Origin: Octopus vulgaris
Taxonomy: Eukaryota
Assembly (NCBI GenBank): GCA_951406725.2
Contig: OX597833.1
Coordinates: 21,390,001 to 21,454,000, forward strand
Length of the DNA stretch: 64,000 nt
Direction of reading: 5' to 3'
A program made the translations under genes and the position numbers. How positions within the stretch are numbered: position 1 is the first letter of the stretch; the number at the start of each line of letters is the position of its first letter. The notes beneath the pieces are model-generated. The model had not been told where the DNA came from. It worked only from the letters and a program-made list of their open reading frames with translations, and did not search any database. Below are positions 13,190 through 27,600 of the stretch, one piece after another.

Positions 13190-13380
13190 GGAGGCGCAAT
13201 GGCCCAGTGGTTAGAGCAGCGAACTCGCGGTCGTAAGAACGCGGTTTCGATTCCCAGTCCGGGCATTGCGAGTGTTTATTGAGCAAAGACATTTAAGCTC
13301 CACGAGACTCTGGCGATGGTGGGGGTGAACCCTGCTGTACTCTTTCACCACAACTTTCTCTCACTCTTTCTTCCTACTTC
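13190..13380 (+). mobile_element. tRNA-derived SINE family C, 3' part missing
   Basis: GGAGGCGCAATGGCCCAGTGGTTAG (A box)...GGTTTCGATTCCC (B box). Confidence 0.85.
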
Positions 13381-14324
13381 TGCCACAAAGCAGAGGAACC
13401 ATGGCGTAACCTACTATGGTGTGGTAAAACTTTCAGACTCTAGTCTAGATTGCAATCCTCTGTATCCTAGGATGGTTCGGCTCTCCACCCGTTAAAAACC
13501 ACCGTTTACGGAATGAGCATAACAACGTAGCTTTCGCGCCCGTGCAACCACCAGTCTATCGTGTGTTTGGATGGATCTTCAAGTTGCCACACGCATTCTT
13601 AGTAGCTTAGAGTAGGCTCGAATTAGAGATTATTCTTTGCGGCTAATGGCGTGAGTCCTGACTGGAGGAGGATGATGATGATGAGGAGGAGGAGGAGGAG
13701 GAGGAGGAGGAGGGGGAGGAGGAGGAGGAGGAGGAGGAGGAGGAGAAGGAAGAAGAAGAAGAAGAAGAAGAAGAAGAAGAAGAAGAAGAAGAAGAAGAAG
13801 AAGAAGAAGACAGGACTGACAATGGAAACACATCAAATGGTACGTTGATCTGCGAGAAGTAGCAGCCAAATCTGTCCTAAATTACACAACAATGTCTTAT
13901 TTTAAAATGATAGAAACGTGGTCCGTTTACGCCACATATATCATCCTCATACCGAAACGAATTAATATCAAGACAACAATCTGACAGAGAAGATATTGGT
14001 TTCTTACTAAAAACAATTCCGAGTTTTTTTTTTTTTCAGTCATATAACTTATGTATGTATGCATGTACGTATCTTTCTTTCTCTCGATTTCTCTGTCTCT
14101 CCCTTTCTTTATCACACCCTATTTTCACCGTCTTTTCCACTACATAAATATATATAATTATGTATGTATGTATGTATGTATGTATGTATGTATGTATGTG
14201 TGTGTGTGTGTGTGTGTGTATTGGGAATAAGCCCAAAGGATAAAACACAACGAAAATAGATAAATGAAATTTAACGTTCATCAGCGATCTTCCTAAGGAT
14301 TCTGGCAATTTAACACCTTTGCAC

Positions 14325-14359
<35 letters not shown>

Positions 14360-14479
14360 TATACATACATACATACATACACACATACATACATACATAC
14401 ATACATACATACATACATACATACATACATACATACATACATACATACATACATACATACATACATACGTACGTACGTA

Positions 14480-15669
14480 CAGTGTGCGGTGAATAAACTG
14501 TTGTCTAATTTACGCCAAAATGAAAAGAACACTGACATCTCATTTTAACACATATATTTACCAAAATTACATCAAATTATCTTGAAATACTAAAGAGTAA
14601 ATTTATTCAATAAAATCACCTTTGGCTTCGACCACGGCCTCCAGACGGCTTCGGAATCTGCTGCTACTCTTCTGGGCGGTCTCCTTCTTTAAGTTGGTGA
14701 ATGCTGCTATAATCCTTGCCTTCAGTTCATATTTGGTGCAACAAGGAGTTTTGTTGATCTCTTGCTCAACTGCGCCCCACACATAATAACCAAGGGGGTT
14801 GCAGTCCGGGGAGTTAGGTGGCCATATGGTCATATGTTAGGGGTGATGTGGTCGCAGAAATTGTCTGACTGCCATCACTGGGTTATCCTGCTTGTGTGGC
14901 ATGGTGCAGAGTCCTTTTGCCAGACATAGAGTCTTCCAGCAGCCACCCTCATGACTCAGGGTAGCACTACTTCCTCCAGGCACTTGATGTAGGCCTCCGT
15001 GTTGAGTCTGAGGCTGTGTGGAAGATGAATGGAGGCATAACATCGCCATCACTAGTGATCACTCCAAACACCATGATGTTGACTGGACGTTTGATTTTCA
15101 TCACTCTCGGTACATGTTTTGGGAACAAGGCAAATCAACGGTTGTTCTGTGTATTCACCATCTGATCCAGGAGAAATTTTTCTAGTCTGAGAATAACCAA
15201 AGCATGTTAAGTTGGAGGGGATACTTGGGTTTGTTCAAAAGCTTCGTAGCGCGATCTTGTCCTTGATGACTTGGGGAAAAAATTGGACCTTTCCCATCTC
15301 GTATAAGGAATACTGAATGTCTTCATACACTACCTGCCTGATAAGAAATTCAGGCACTCCCAAGTCTCAGGCATTAGACCTGATTAGCTTGGAGGGATCG
15401 TTGTCAATCATCGCCTGGATATCACCAACAAATTCAGGAGAATTTATCAGACCGATCAGAGTGAGTTTTCTGAGCTACCGTACCTTCGTAAGCACCATTA
15501 AACTCATCCAATACTTTCCGAATCCTCTGGTGCGCCATGGTGTTGTTTTTCTCACAGACGGTGCTCAACTTCCCCTACTATACTGTGTAGTCGACAAAAT
15601 CAAAAACAAACAATGCGCATGCGCGAGATTTAAAATATAAAGTGGCAACAATTTGCCCATTGCACCTTG
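14480..15669 (-). mobile_element. Decayed Tc1/mariner-superfamily transposon (maT/DD37D-like)
   Basis: WPPNSPDCNPLGYYVWG...RLEAVVEAKGDFIE at 14603-14833; degenerate TIRs; TA flanks. Confidence 0.85.
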
Positions 15670-15727
15670 TATACATACATACATACATGCATGCATGCAT
15701 GCATGCATACATACATACATACATACA

Positions 15728-15758
<31 letters not shown>

Positions 15759-16208
15759 GTATGTATGTATGCATGTATATCTGAACCCGACGAGCTCGGT
15801 TTTTGTAGGATCCCTACGAAACTTTAAATTGCATGGGGTCGATTCAAACTGATTTAAATAGGACTAAAGCAAATAGTCTGTTCATTATTGCAGATTTGCT
15901 TGTCAGTTGTTTGACTTTACCCATTCGAGCATATCCCTTAGTAACTGACGATATGTTTATCTCTGATGACGAGTAGGAGTAGTGAGGAGAGGGGTCTCAT
16001 AGTACTGAGGGGAGTTTTTTTAAGATTTGAATAATTCACTTCTGAAAACATGATTATTCGTTCATCATACTTAAACGAAACTTATTCAGAGACTTTTTTA
16101 AGCAGGATGGCCTACACAACCTGAAGAACATTCCAACTGGGCCCCATCTGCAAAGTCACACGATTTTTTTTTATACGATGTCACCATGCCACGCATATAT
16201 GGTTGTGA

Positions 16209-16593
16209 GGAGGCGCAATGGCCCAGTGGTTAGGGTAGCGGACTCGCGGTCGTAGGATCGCGGTTTCGATTCCCAGACCGGGCGTTGTGAGTGTTTATTG
16301 AGTGAAAACACCTAAAGCTCCACGAGGCTCCGGCAGGGGATGGTGGTGATCCCTGCTGTACTCTTTTACCACAACTTTCTCTCACTCTTTCTTCCTGTTT
16401 CTGTAGTACCTGTATTTCAAAGGGCCGGCCTTGTCACTCTCTGTGTCACGCTGAATATCCCCGAGAACTACGTTAAGGGTACACGTGTCTGTGGAGTGCT
16501 CAGCCACTTACACGTTAATTTCAGGAGCAGGCTGTTCCGTTGGTCGGATCAACCGGAACCCTCATCGTCGTAACCGACGGAGTGCTTCCATCC
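16209..16593 (+). mobile_element. SINE family C, full length with TSD
   Basis: A and B boxes; short CCAT-repeat tail; flanks ATATGGTTGTGA / ATATGGTTGTAA. Confidence 0.92.
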
Positions 16594-16831
16594 ATATGGT
16601 TGTAAAGCATGTGCCTGGTATACTCTTATTAGACATGAAATCATGATGGATATACTGGGCTTCGTATATTTGTACCTCAGCTGACTCCGATGCAATTTGA
16701 ACACAGACACTGTGTTCCGAAACGATTACCGCAAACAATATAACCGGCGGTCTAACGACCTGGCCAATGTACCAGTTTACATAGACATATGTACGTAAGT
16801 GTGCGTGTGTATGTGTCTGTGTATGTGTCTG

Positions 16832-16886
<55 letters not shown>

Positions 16887-16893
16887 CATAAAC

Positions 16894-16924
<31 letters not shown>

Positions 16925-17434
16925 GCTGGAAACGATGAAGAGTTAGGAATATTGGAATATCGGAATATGTAAAGTTTATAACGGTAAGTATGTAGATTGG
17001 CACACTCGAGGATAAGTTAAAAATAAAACCCACAGTGTCGATAAGTCTTTGGATAGGTGAGTAAAATCGATTGGTGAAAAGTTTGCGATTGATTGAAAAG
17101 ATGTGAGCAGCCAAGCTTCCTTCGAACCACAACCTATATGAAAAAAAGGGCAGGTGTGAGTCAAGAACGTCTTTGATCAGAGGTCTGTTATGTGGGACGC
17201 TAAACACCAATAACGATGACCGATGCTTACTCTACTCTGTAAATTCAGTAATCTTAACTTCCTTCTTCAAATACTAATCGCTTTAAAGAATTCTTTCTAC
17301 GGTCAGTCAATAAAGCGCCATTTATGTTGCTGTTGTTGTTGTTTAACACCTGGTTAAGCCTGATCAAACAGACCGACCCATATAGCCGAAGGTGTTCTAG
17401 TGGTTATGATAAATAACAGTTTACTGTGATCTTC

Positions 17435-17650
17435 CTTACTCTTTTACTCTTTTACACTTTTACTTGTTTCAGTCATTTGACTGTGGCCATGCTGGATCAC
17501 CGCCTTTAGTCGAGCAAATCTACCCCAGGACTTGTTCTTTGTAAGCCTAGTAATAAATTCTATCGGTCTCTTTTGCCGAACCGATAAGTTACGGTGACGT
17601 AAGCACACCAGCATCGGCTGTCAAGCGATGTTGGGCACACCCACACACAC

Positions 17651-17724
<74 letters not shown>

Positions 17725-17870
17725 GACGGGCTTCTTTCAGTTTTCGTCTACCAAATCCACTCACAAGGCCCGAGGCTATAGTAGAAGACACTTGCCCAGG
17801 GTGCCAAGCAGTGGGACTGAACCCGGAACCATGTGATTGGTAAGCAAGCTACTTACCACACAACCACTCT
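17435..17870 (-). mobile_element. SINE family A
   Basis: Reverse-complement match with TTTTACTC tail repeats. Confidence 0.88.
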
Positions 17871-17879
17871 GTCGGTTAT

Positions 17880-18057
17880 AATGCTTTCAAATTTTGGCAC
17901 AAGGCCAGCAGGTTCGGTGAAGTGAGTAAGTCGATTACATCGACCCCAGTACTCAACTGGTATTTATTTTATCAACCCCGAAAGAATGAAAGGCAAAGTC
18001 GACCTCGGCGGAATTTGAACTCAGAACATAAAGACGGACGAAATAAGCTCGCCGCCT
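17880..18057 (-). mobile_element. SINE family B, variant tail
   Basis: Same core and B box as family B. Confidence 0.8.
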
Positions 18058-18577
18058 TATTGTCTGTTAAGGAAAGAATTAGCTACTATTTCTGGCAAGA
18101 GTTCAAATGACTGACTGGAACAGAATCCAAACGCGATCATTTCATTTTTCTTTATATTTTGTTATTTATTTTGTTTTATTTTAAGCTGAGTACTACATTA
18201 CTTAACCTGTCCTTCCTTTCTGAAGATTACAGAGTAGGAATTGGTTTTAAAACTGGCTGATATCTCTGGCAGATGAGCGGATCTGATCAAAGAATTCCAT
18301 TCGTGTTATACATATATTTGGTGCAGGATTTGGTCGGTCCGAGGTTATAGTAGAAGACACTTGTTCAAAGTGCCACGCAGGGGGACTGAACCCGGAACCA
18401 TGTGGTTGGTAAGGAAGCTACTTACCACACAACCACTCCTGCGATATATGTAAAAATAAAGCAAAAATAATGACGCTAAAATGAAGATCGTATTGATTGA
18501 GAAAGGAAGAAGAATTTAAAGTTCAAAGTGCCACACAGTGGGACTGAACCCGGAACCATGTGGTTGGGAAGCAAGCG

Positions 18578-18812
18578 TCTTATTTCTTTATTACCCACAA
18601 GGGGCTAAACATAGAGGGGACAAACAAGGACAGACAAACGGATTAAGTCGGTTACATCGACCCCAGTGCGTAACTGATACTTAATTTATCGACCCCGAAA
18701 GGATGAAAGGCAAAGTCGACCTCGGCGGAATTTGAACTCAGAACGTAGCGGTAGACCAAATACATCTATGCATTTCGCTCGGCGTGCTAACGTTTCTACC
18801 AGCTCGCCGCCT
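18578..18812 (-). mobile_element. SINE family B monomer inserted in a family A head
   Basis: Family A sequence stops at AAGCGTCTTA and resumes at CTTACCACACAG. Confidence 0.88.
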
Positions 18813-19301
18813 TACCACACAGCCTGATCTGCGCCTGTTAATTTTGTACTTTGATCTTAGAATTGATTACGAATTTTTACAGGACCACCTAGAGACCACC
18901 TACAGGCTCTCGTTGCCTAGTGTTTTACACATGCTTATAGTACAAAAACGTGAAGTTATCATTGCTGACACCGAAAATGCGGAGAATCAGCCCGAGTTAA
19001 TCATGCATAATGGCTTACCAGCTTTCATAAACGTTGCTCTATATCTGCTGCCTGTGCTGTTGATCCGTTTTTGCAATCAATGACTATCGATAAACTCCAG
19101 TCTTTCTATCGATTACGAAGCAAACTACGTGCTTAATGCATTTGTAATTATAGAAAATGAAATATAAAAGAGCAAGAGAGGGAACTGAGCAACACAGCGA
19201 AGAACGGCTGGGAAGAGCAGAGGAGAGCATAGCACGGCATTATGCGCGAATGAATTAAAGCCTGCATGTGCAATCACGTAGAAACTATATTTATATATGA
19301 G

Positions 19302-19376
<75 letters not shown>

Positions 19377-19597
19377 GTGTGCAGTTGTTAGACAGATATA
19401 TGCAAACACATATTTACATATACTTATATGAGTATACCTATGTATGCGTGTATGTGTGTGTATATATATACATATATACATACATACACACACACATATA
19501 TATATGTATGTATATATATGCATATATATATTCTTTTGTTCTTTTATACGTTTCAGCCTTAAGGCTGGGGCCACACTACAGATAGATAGATAGATAA

Positions 19598-19668
<71 letters not shown>

Positions 19669-20263
19669 CACTTATATACACATATATTTACAGCTATATA
19701 TTTTATGTTCTGTACATATACACATATGTATATGTATATACATATATACATGTGCATAAATATATATATATATATGCGTGTGTGCGTGTTATATATATGT
19801 ATATATATGCGAATGTATACCTGTATTTATATATATATATATGAATATATGTATATGTATATCCATGTATGTGTGAGCGTATGAGTGCCCTGCATACATG
19901 CATACACACACACACACAAACACACACACATATATATACATGTATGTATATGTCTGTATACCTACATATATATATAAGTGCGTGTGTGTGAATAAAAGCG
20001 GTATGTCCGTAATGAAATTATTCGATAGATAACAGAAGAGATAGATAACAGAAGAGGCAAAGAAAGAGCAGTGAGCGAGAAGGTACAAGCATGATACGCA
20101 ACCGAAGGATCAGTGTATCGATTCTCGCTGAAATCTTCACGGCAACACAAATTCTTTCAACCACACCTGTAATTACACGCGCGCGCGCACACATGCATTC
20201 ATACACACAGCTGCCTTGTTTGTTTTTTTCTTCCTGTCTCTCTATTTTGTATATATATATATA

Positions 20264-20332
<69 letters not shown>

Positions 20333-20442
20333 TTGTATGTGTGTGTGTGAGTGTGTGCGTCTGTGTGTGCATAAATACATATATATACACACACACACGC
20401 ACATATATATATATATGAGTGTGTGTGTGTGTGTGTGTATGT

Positions 20443-20488
<46 letters not shown>

Positions 20489-20667
20489 GATTTCAGTCAT
20501 TGGTCTGTTGCCATGCTGGACCACCAGATTCAATAGCATAATCGATTTTATCGATCGCAGTATTTGTAGACTGGTAATTATTATATCGACACCTCCGAAG
20601 GATGAAAAGCAAAGTTGATAAACACACACACACATACACACACACAGAGAGGAGACCCATATCAACA

Positions 20668-20716
<49 letters not shown>

Positions 20717-21169
20717 TACATACATACATACATACATACATACATACATACACATAGGTATGTATGTGTATATCTATGTATATATGTATAAAACATCGCC
20801 AGACGAATAAAAAACAAACGACTACTTAAAAAGCGTTGCACTGAAGACATCTTTATTCGGAGAATACAATGGATAACATTCTATTTTTAACGGCTAAGAT
20901 AACAATCTATCGAAGAAAAACGATTCTGGGTTCAAATCCAATCGTGGCCACCTTGCTCCAACAATTCGTGGGGTTGCCGTCCAAGAATTTGGACTTCGAG
21001 GCCCACCTCCCAGTGGTGTCGGGTGTCAACGAAGAGCCCTCGACTACAAGTTTTTTTTTTTCCAAGGTCTGGGGTCTCCCGCTCCTAAGCCTTAGACCAT
21101 CACCTAATCACCTTTACCCGTCTTGTTGCTTAACAACAACAACAGTTCGTTGGTTACCGTTGCATGTTA

Positions 21170-22271
21170 ACTAAAGTATAAAATTTAGAAACAATAGTCA
21201 TGATTTCAAGCGGGAATAAATTGAAAAGTATGCGTGACATAAAAGTTTATACCCAATTATGCCTCCATATTGACTAGAGAAAAGCTTATACGTTATTCAT
21301 AATTGTAACTCAGACACATTGTGAATTCTGTCAGAAATAATATAAAAATAGAATGAAGGACATTTCATCAAGATGAACAACGAAAGATTAAAAATACCAT
21401 GTAAATTAAATATTGCAAATCAGACAAAGTGAAATTACCATACTTTTCTTTCAAAGACCATAAACACGACTTCGAACAGAAGCCATTCTGTTCGCTTAAG
21501 TACTCCCCTCCACCACCACCGCCGCCGCCACCGCCATCACCAAAAGAAAAAACATATTGAAACTATTAGAATAATTTCACAGTTTAATGAATACGAAATT
21601 TGGAAGAGCAACTTTGGAAGAGCAACACAGTAACATGTCGGTTTTAATAGACTCCCAGAAAGGAGCGGCGCAACTTCCTGTAGTTTGACATTCAAGCGTA
21701 TTGCTTATTTCAACGTATATATTACTCTATGGATGATTATAAACTAAACTAAAATATTACTAGGACAATTGAAATAAAAAGAAATTGAAATATTGATACA
21801 CGCTCAGCAAACAACCTTTCCGTACGATAATTCTGTATAACTAAAAAGATTGTACTTGTGTTATTCGATGTTAGTACGGTTGCTCCAGGCACATCTGAGA
21901 TTAGCGATATGGAGGGGTTTAATCCTCCTACCAAAGTTAAAAGCAAAGTCCCGTATGATTGGGGGTCTCTAATCTAGACGATAACTTTTCGTTTTAACAA
22001 GTTCAATTCAAAAATGACAGACTGAATGGCAAAGGATTTGGATCCGTACTTAACATAACATTCCGTACTTGAACATAACATTCCAGCAACAAATTTTTCT
22101 GACATTATTCCAAATTTGAATACTTTACTATTTTATCTGTGCCACAAGCAAAATGAAACTCTAAGTGACTCAAACAAAATGGTTAAGAAACTTGCTTTGC
22201 ATCCACTTAGTTTCAGGTTCACGCCTCCTGCATGGCAACTTGGGAAAGCGTCTTCAACTATAGCCCCGGGC

Positions 22272-22302
<31 letters not shown>

Positions 22303-23500
22303 GCACATAGATATATTGTTTTAACTGAGGAAGGTCTTACGTAGTGGACGCAATTCTTATTGTATTATGCAGACCTGATATGTGCATATTAAATAATTTC
22401 AAAAGGTCACTCTTTAGTGTGACTTCATTATTGCAACTTATACGATTCGATGTTCATGCAAACTAACCGCTCCAAACTGCACTTATGTAGAAACTCTAAC
22501 AATGATTTGGGGTAGTATGTTTTATCTATGTATGTATATCTGTATGTATATATGTATGTATGTATGTATGTATTATGTATGTATGTATGTACGTATGTAT
22601 GTATGTATGTATGAATGTATGTATGTATGTATGTATGAATGAATGAATGAATGTATGTATATATACGCACGTACGCGCGCACGCAGACAAACACATACAT
22701 ATATATATACATATACACAGACATACAGATATAAGTCTGTCCCTTTGAGTCTGTGCTAATCTCCTCCCCACAGCTTCTCAATCGGTGTTGGTCTTTTTAC
22801 GTCCCCATAACTTAACAGTTTGGTAAAAGGGAACAATATACTAAGTACCACTCTTAGCGATCCTTTCGACTAAAACCCTTCAAGTCGGTGCCCTTGCATG
22901 GCCGCAGTCCAATGATTGAAGCAAGTTAAGAGATGAAAGAGAATAGTCGAAAACGCGTCTTTTAAACTACCAAAACTTTTTGCAATTAAAGAAACATTTA
23001 AAAAAAAAAACGACCACTTATTCTAATTGGATTCTGTCCAAAACTGGATTCACCGATAATATAAAATATCAAAGAAAATCAATATCTACAACCAGGAATA
23101 ATAATAACACAAGAATACGAATCCTAACAGAATTTAATCCACCTCCATCATAGACGTCGAAACACCAACAGCAAAGATATTTTTTAGATTATTGAACAAA
23201 AAAAAAATAAATCAGCACTTCCAGCTACAACATAAAGTCTCGCCGAATTTTTAATGAAAGCACAAACACAACTACTCTCTCATATCCACAGCACCAAACT
23301 TTACCAATGTACTTGCCACGTCCATTACATTTAAAATCAATAAACCATCCAGTAATTCAACCAGTATTTAGGGTAACTGTAAAAATAAACCAATATATTT
23401 TCAATAAAGTCTAACTTCGTCGCCAAAGATATTGTTTACAAATGCACAATAAAAACGAATATTGCAGAACCAAATAATACTTAGAGTCAAATTTTTTATA
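21170..23500 (+). mobile_element. Highly decayed second PLE lineage (Nematis-like), interrupted by a SINE
   Basis: FSFKDHKHDFEQKPFCSL near 21445 (TLKDHK..F..P.CRL-like motif); FNPP...AKIFFRLLNK near 23130; NCKNK...IVYKCTIK near 23375-23455. Confidence 0.6.
22170..22940 (+). mobile_element. SINE family A, diverged and expanded
   Basis: Head at 22170-22270 and 3' half at about 22740-22940. Confidence 0.7.
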
Positions 23501-24086
23501 CATGTATGTGTGTATGTTTGTATTTACAAAATTAGAGGGAAAAGTATCCTATATACATGTGTGTGTGTGTGTACACATACATACGCACATGCATATACAT
23601 TTACATATACATACATAAGCACGAGCATATGTACGTGCACTTGTGCATTTATATGTACATGTATATATATATACACATACATACATACACTTATATATAC
23701 ATGCATAGATACATACATTCATACATACATACATACATACATACATACATACATACATACATACATACATACATACATACATACATACATACATACATAC
23801 ATTCATATTCATTCATTCATTCATTCATTCATTTGTAGCATAAGATATGGATTCAGAGAATTGTATCTTATCACAGAAAGCAGTTCTTACGGACTCGGCT
23901 AACAGTCTACATAGTAATCCAATACAGAGAAGTGTAATGTAGAATGTCGATGCAGCTGAAATTCAGAAGATCTGATTGGTGAAATTATTTCATGAGAAGT
24001 ATAGAAAACATGAAAGTCAGTTTGTATGAGCATTGAAATATATATGCACCTCTCATGCCTCCCGCCTTTTATGGTATGTATATTCT

Positions 24087-24670
24087 TTTAGTCTTTTATC
24101 TTTTGCTTGTTTCAGTCATCTGACTGCGGTCATGCTGGAACACCGCCCTTAGTCGAACAAATCGACCCCAGGACTTATTCTTTGTAAGCCTAGTACTTAT
24201 TCTATCGGTCACTTTTGCCGAACCATTAGCTTACGGGGACGTAAATACACCAACAACGGATGTCAAGCGATGGCGGCGAGGGCAAACATAGAGATAAACA
24301 CATGTGTGTGTGTGTGTATCAGTTGGGTAAAAAAGTTCTTGGACACTTTTAACATATCACTTTATTAACAATTAAAAAACAACAAAGAACAATCGATCCA
24401 AAAGGTAATCTCCCTCGTTATCGTTCACCCTTTGCCATCTTTCAGGCAAAGTTTTGAATCCTTTCATCCAAAAATTGCGTGGCTTTGAATCAATAAAGTC
24501 GTAAAGGAACGATTTCGCATCTCCTTCGTTTTCGAACTCTGTATCGCCAATCGCGCGTTGCAAGGCAGAGAACAAGTGGTAGTCAGAAGGGGCAAGGTCA
24601 GGAGATTACGGTGGGTGCATTGGATCGGTTTCAATGACTTGCAACAATGACTTGTCCAAGAGCTTTCTAA

Positions 24671-24763
<93 letters not shown>

Positions 24764-24847
24764 CATACACACATACACGACGGGCTTCTGAAACCGAAAC
24801 CATGTGGTTGAGAAGCAAGCTTTTTACCACACAGCCACGCCTGTACC
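24087..24847 (-). mobile_element. SINE family A hosting a mariner fragment
   Basis: 3' half at 24087-24300 and head remnant at 24775-24847. Confidence 0.8.
24319..24672 (-). mobile_element. Mariner 3' end
   Basis: [16 protein letters not shown]...GFKTLPERWQRVNDNEGDY; TA plus TIR-like TCAGTTGGGTAAAAAAGTTC. Confidence 0.88.
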
Positions 24848-24868
24848 TATGTATATTTATATATTATG

Positions 24869-24906
<38 letters not shown>

Positions 24907-24909
<3 letters not shown>

Positions 24910-25242
24910 GAGACCCCCTTCGGTCACGACACAGACCATGGGATTGCACCTAGAAAGTTACCCTCCAAGACACAAGTCCGGGCGAGGTTGTTTATGGAAG
25001 ACCAGCAGTCGCCCATGCATACCAGCCTCCTCTCTCCACGCCACCAGTGTTATCCAAGGGAAAGGCAAAGGCCGATACAGCTTGGCACCAGTGACGTCGC
25101 AACTCATTTCTACAGCTGAGTGGACTGGAGCAACGTGAAATAAAGTGCCTTGCTCAAGAACACAACACGCAGCCCGGTCCGGGATTCGAGCTCACAACCT
25201 CACGATCGTAAGCTCGACGCTCTAACCACTGAGCCATACGCC
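24907..25242 (-). mobile_element. tRNA-derived SINE family D
   Basis: GGCGTATGGCTCAGTGGTTAGAGC...GAGCTCGAATCCC, core TTCTTGAGCAAGGCAC. Confidence 0.88.
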
Positions 25243-25531
25243 TATATATATATATATATTAAATCTTTTATTAAATCTTTTTGAATTCATAATATTCTGT
25301 ACTGAACTTTTTTGAATAATTCCTCCTGGAAATTACCCTGAGATGTATAATATATTTGTTTTAATCTTTTCTGCCCATTTTTTCAATGAGCTTGTTAAAC
25401 CTTTTATATTCTCAACATACTGTTGTATTTTTTTATGTCCTTAACATGTCCCTGTTACCAAAGACTGTATATATATATGTAATGTAGCAATTTGCAACAA
25501 CCAATAATTAACGCAACCAAACTTCCACATG

Positions 25532-25576
25532 TTACTTTTGACAATCTTTTTCCAAAGAGTGAAACCGGTAAAGTAA
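25532..25576 (+). ncRNA. Hammerhead-like motif with U3:A8 core in a PLE terminal remnant (25259-25615)
   Basis: TTACTT-TTGACAA-TCTTT(TTCC)AAAGA-GT-GAA-ACCGGT-A-AAGTAA; 6-bp stem I, palindromic stem III, GUA site. Confidence 0.6.
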
Positions 25577-25614
25577 ATAAACATCTTTTAAATTGCATTT
25601 TCAAACCTTCTTTC

Positions 25615-25654
<40 letters not shown>

Positions 25655-25874
25655 ACAAATGACAGAGAAATAGTTTGATGAAATTTTATTTAACAATAAG
25701 AGAAATTGTTTCGTAACTTAAAGACATGTAAATAATTTGTATTATATTAAATTATGAATAAATCATTTACATGCCTGCATTAATGCAAAATGCCAAAAAT
25801 TCATTTAAAATAATGCAGAATTTAAGCTGTGTCCTCAGGTGAAAAAGAGTCCTTATTAAATCTAATGAGAAACC

Positions 25875-26078
25875 ATATAATATAATGAAATTATTGTATA
25901 CAATGCTCAGGTGCACCACAACTTGTCAAAAGTGCGTATAAAGCATATGCAGTAATGTATAAATGTCTGGAAAGTGAACAGTGTATGAGTCAGATACATG
26001 CTTTCGTGTGTATGGAGGAGAGAAAATCAGGTGTTGCGTTAGCGAATCTCAGGAAGCATGGAAGTTTTGAAGGATGCA
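25875..26078 (-). mobile_element. Probable LINE 3' end (CR1/L2-like)
   Basis: ASFKTSMLPEIR-like ORF end followed by a UTR and a short AT-repeat tail. Confidence 0.4.
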
Positions 26079-26376
26079 TTTATGTTTTACATATATATAT
26101 AAAACATATATGGCTTTTCTTAAGGATTTATTGAAGCCTTCTTTAAGCTGGACATTAATAATGCAGTACGTCTCTTGCGAATTAGTTCTTGGAATATACA
26201 GATATCTGGAATTGCTAAGTGTGTGCAGATATGAGTGTACATGTACATAGATGTGGGGGGATAAATGCGTATTTATGTAGTGACTGTGCATGTCACTTTC
26301 GAATTTAGTACATAAATGCGTATGTGTGTGCTTCATCACTGTATATAATGTGTGTGTGTGTTTGTGCGCGTATGTG

Positions 26377-26437
<61 letters not shown>

Positions 26438-26793
26438 GTGTTTGTGTCTGTGTGAGCATCTTCCATATGTACATGCAATTGTGTATTTGCATTCGGTCCA
26501 GGGACCTCCACGGAAGTTTTTACATTTTTTCACTCTACCATTAACTGATAGTATTTGGACAATGCAAATCTGTTTGCCCCAGCATTTCCAGGCTTTTATG
26601 CAAATCTCTTGTTATACAGCCTGGTCTAACTTAAGCCAATTAAAAAAGAAAATCTCTAGCCTGGATATAAGAGATTTGTTCCCGTTTTCCTCAGTTATGT
26701 GTACGTGATGCATTCCTGACATTTTGAGACTTTTTTCAGGAGAAGCAGTTATATATGTCCTAGGTTATTATAATTTGGTATATCATTATTATG

Positions 26794-27095
26794 TGGAGGC
26801 GTAATAACCCAGTGTTTAGGGCAGCGGACTCGCGGTTTCGATTCCAAGACCGGGCGTTGTGCGTGTTTATTGAGCGAAAACACCTAAAGCTCCACGACGT
26901 TCCAGCAGGGGGTGGGGGGTGGCGACCCCTGTTGTACACTTTCGCCACAACTTTCTCTCACTCTCTCTTCCTGTTTCTTGAGTAACGCTGCGATGGACTG
27001 GCGTCTCGTCCAGCTGGGGGGAACACATACGCCACAGAAACCAGGAAACCGAGCCCATGACCCTGGCTAGGCTTGAAAATGGCGACGTTTATCGT
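26794..27095 (+). mobile_element. SINE family C head with an alternative tail
   Basis: Head as in 16209; tail GCTGCGATGGACTGGCGTC... shared with 36655-36760. Confidence 0.85.
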
Positions 27096-27119
27096 TATAT
27101 CATTATTATACATTTAATA

Positions 27120-27600
27120 AGCTGGCCTGCCAACTTTCGTTATTCCAGATTGAAGGAGATAGCTGTAACAGCACTTTGAACCCAACCTGCCAAAAACTGC
27201 TGGTTACAGTTGAATAGGTTACAGAATGCAGCCGGGACGTTTTGTAGCTCGCGTTGCAATAAAGTTTTGTGTTAAACTGGGCAAAACGCTACAAAAACTT
27301 ATAAAATATTCCAAAGTGCTCATGGATTAGCCTTTCCACAGACACAAGAGGTTCAAAGGCGGTAGGGCGGAAAGACACGATGATCGGTCTGAGAGAGATG
27401 GGGACGTTAGAATACCAGGGCTGGTTGGGAAAATTCGCAGTTTTCCCGATGAAGACCGTCGTGTTCTATAAAGACAATAAGCATTCAGTTTGAACTTGGT
27501 GTGGCAACTGTACACAGAAATATTCATAAAGACCTGAGAATGCACAAAATGTGTGCAAAATTTGTTCCCATGGTCCTCAGCGACGAGCAGCCTGGTAACC
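27120..27600 (+). mobile_element. Decayed mariner 5' portion
   Basis: AIKFCVKLGKT, DEDRR and CAKFVP motifs with frameshifts. Confidence 0.75.

Noticed and set aside
16209-16280. tRNA gene
   Set aside because: A/B boxes are present but run into a SINE body with a TSD; the same holds for the other heads
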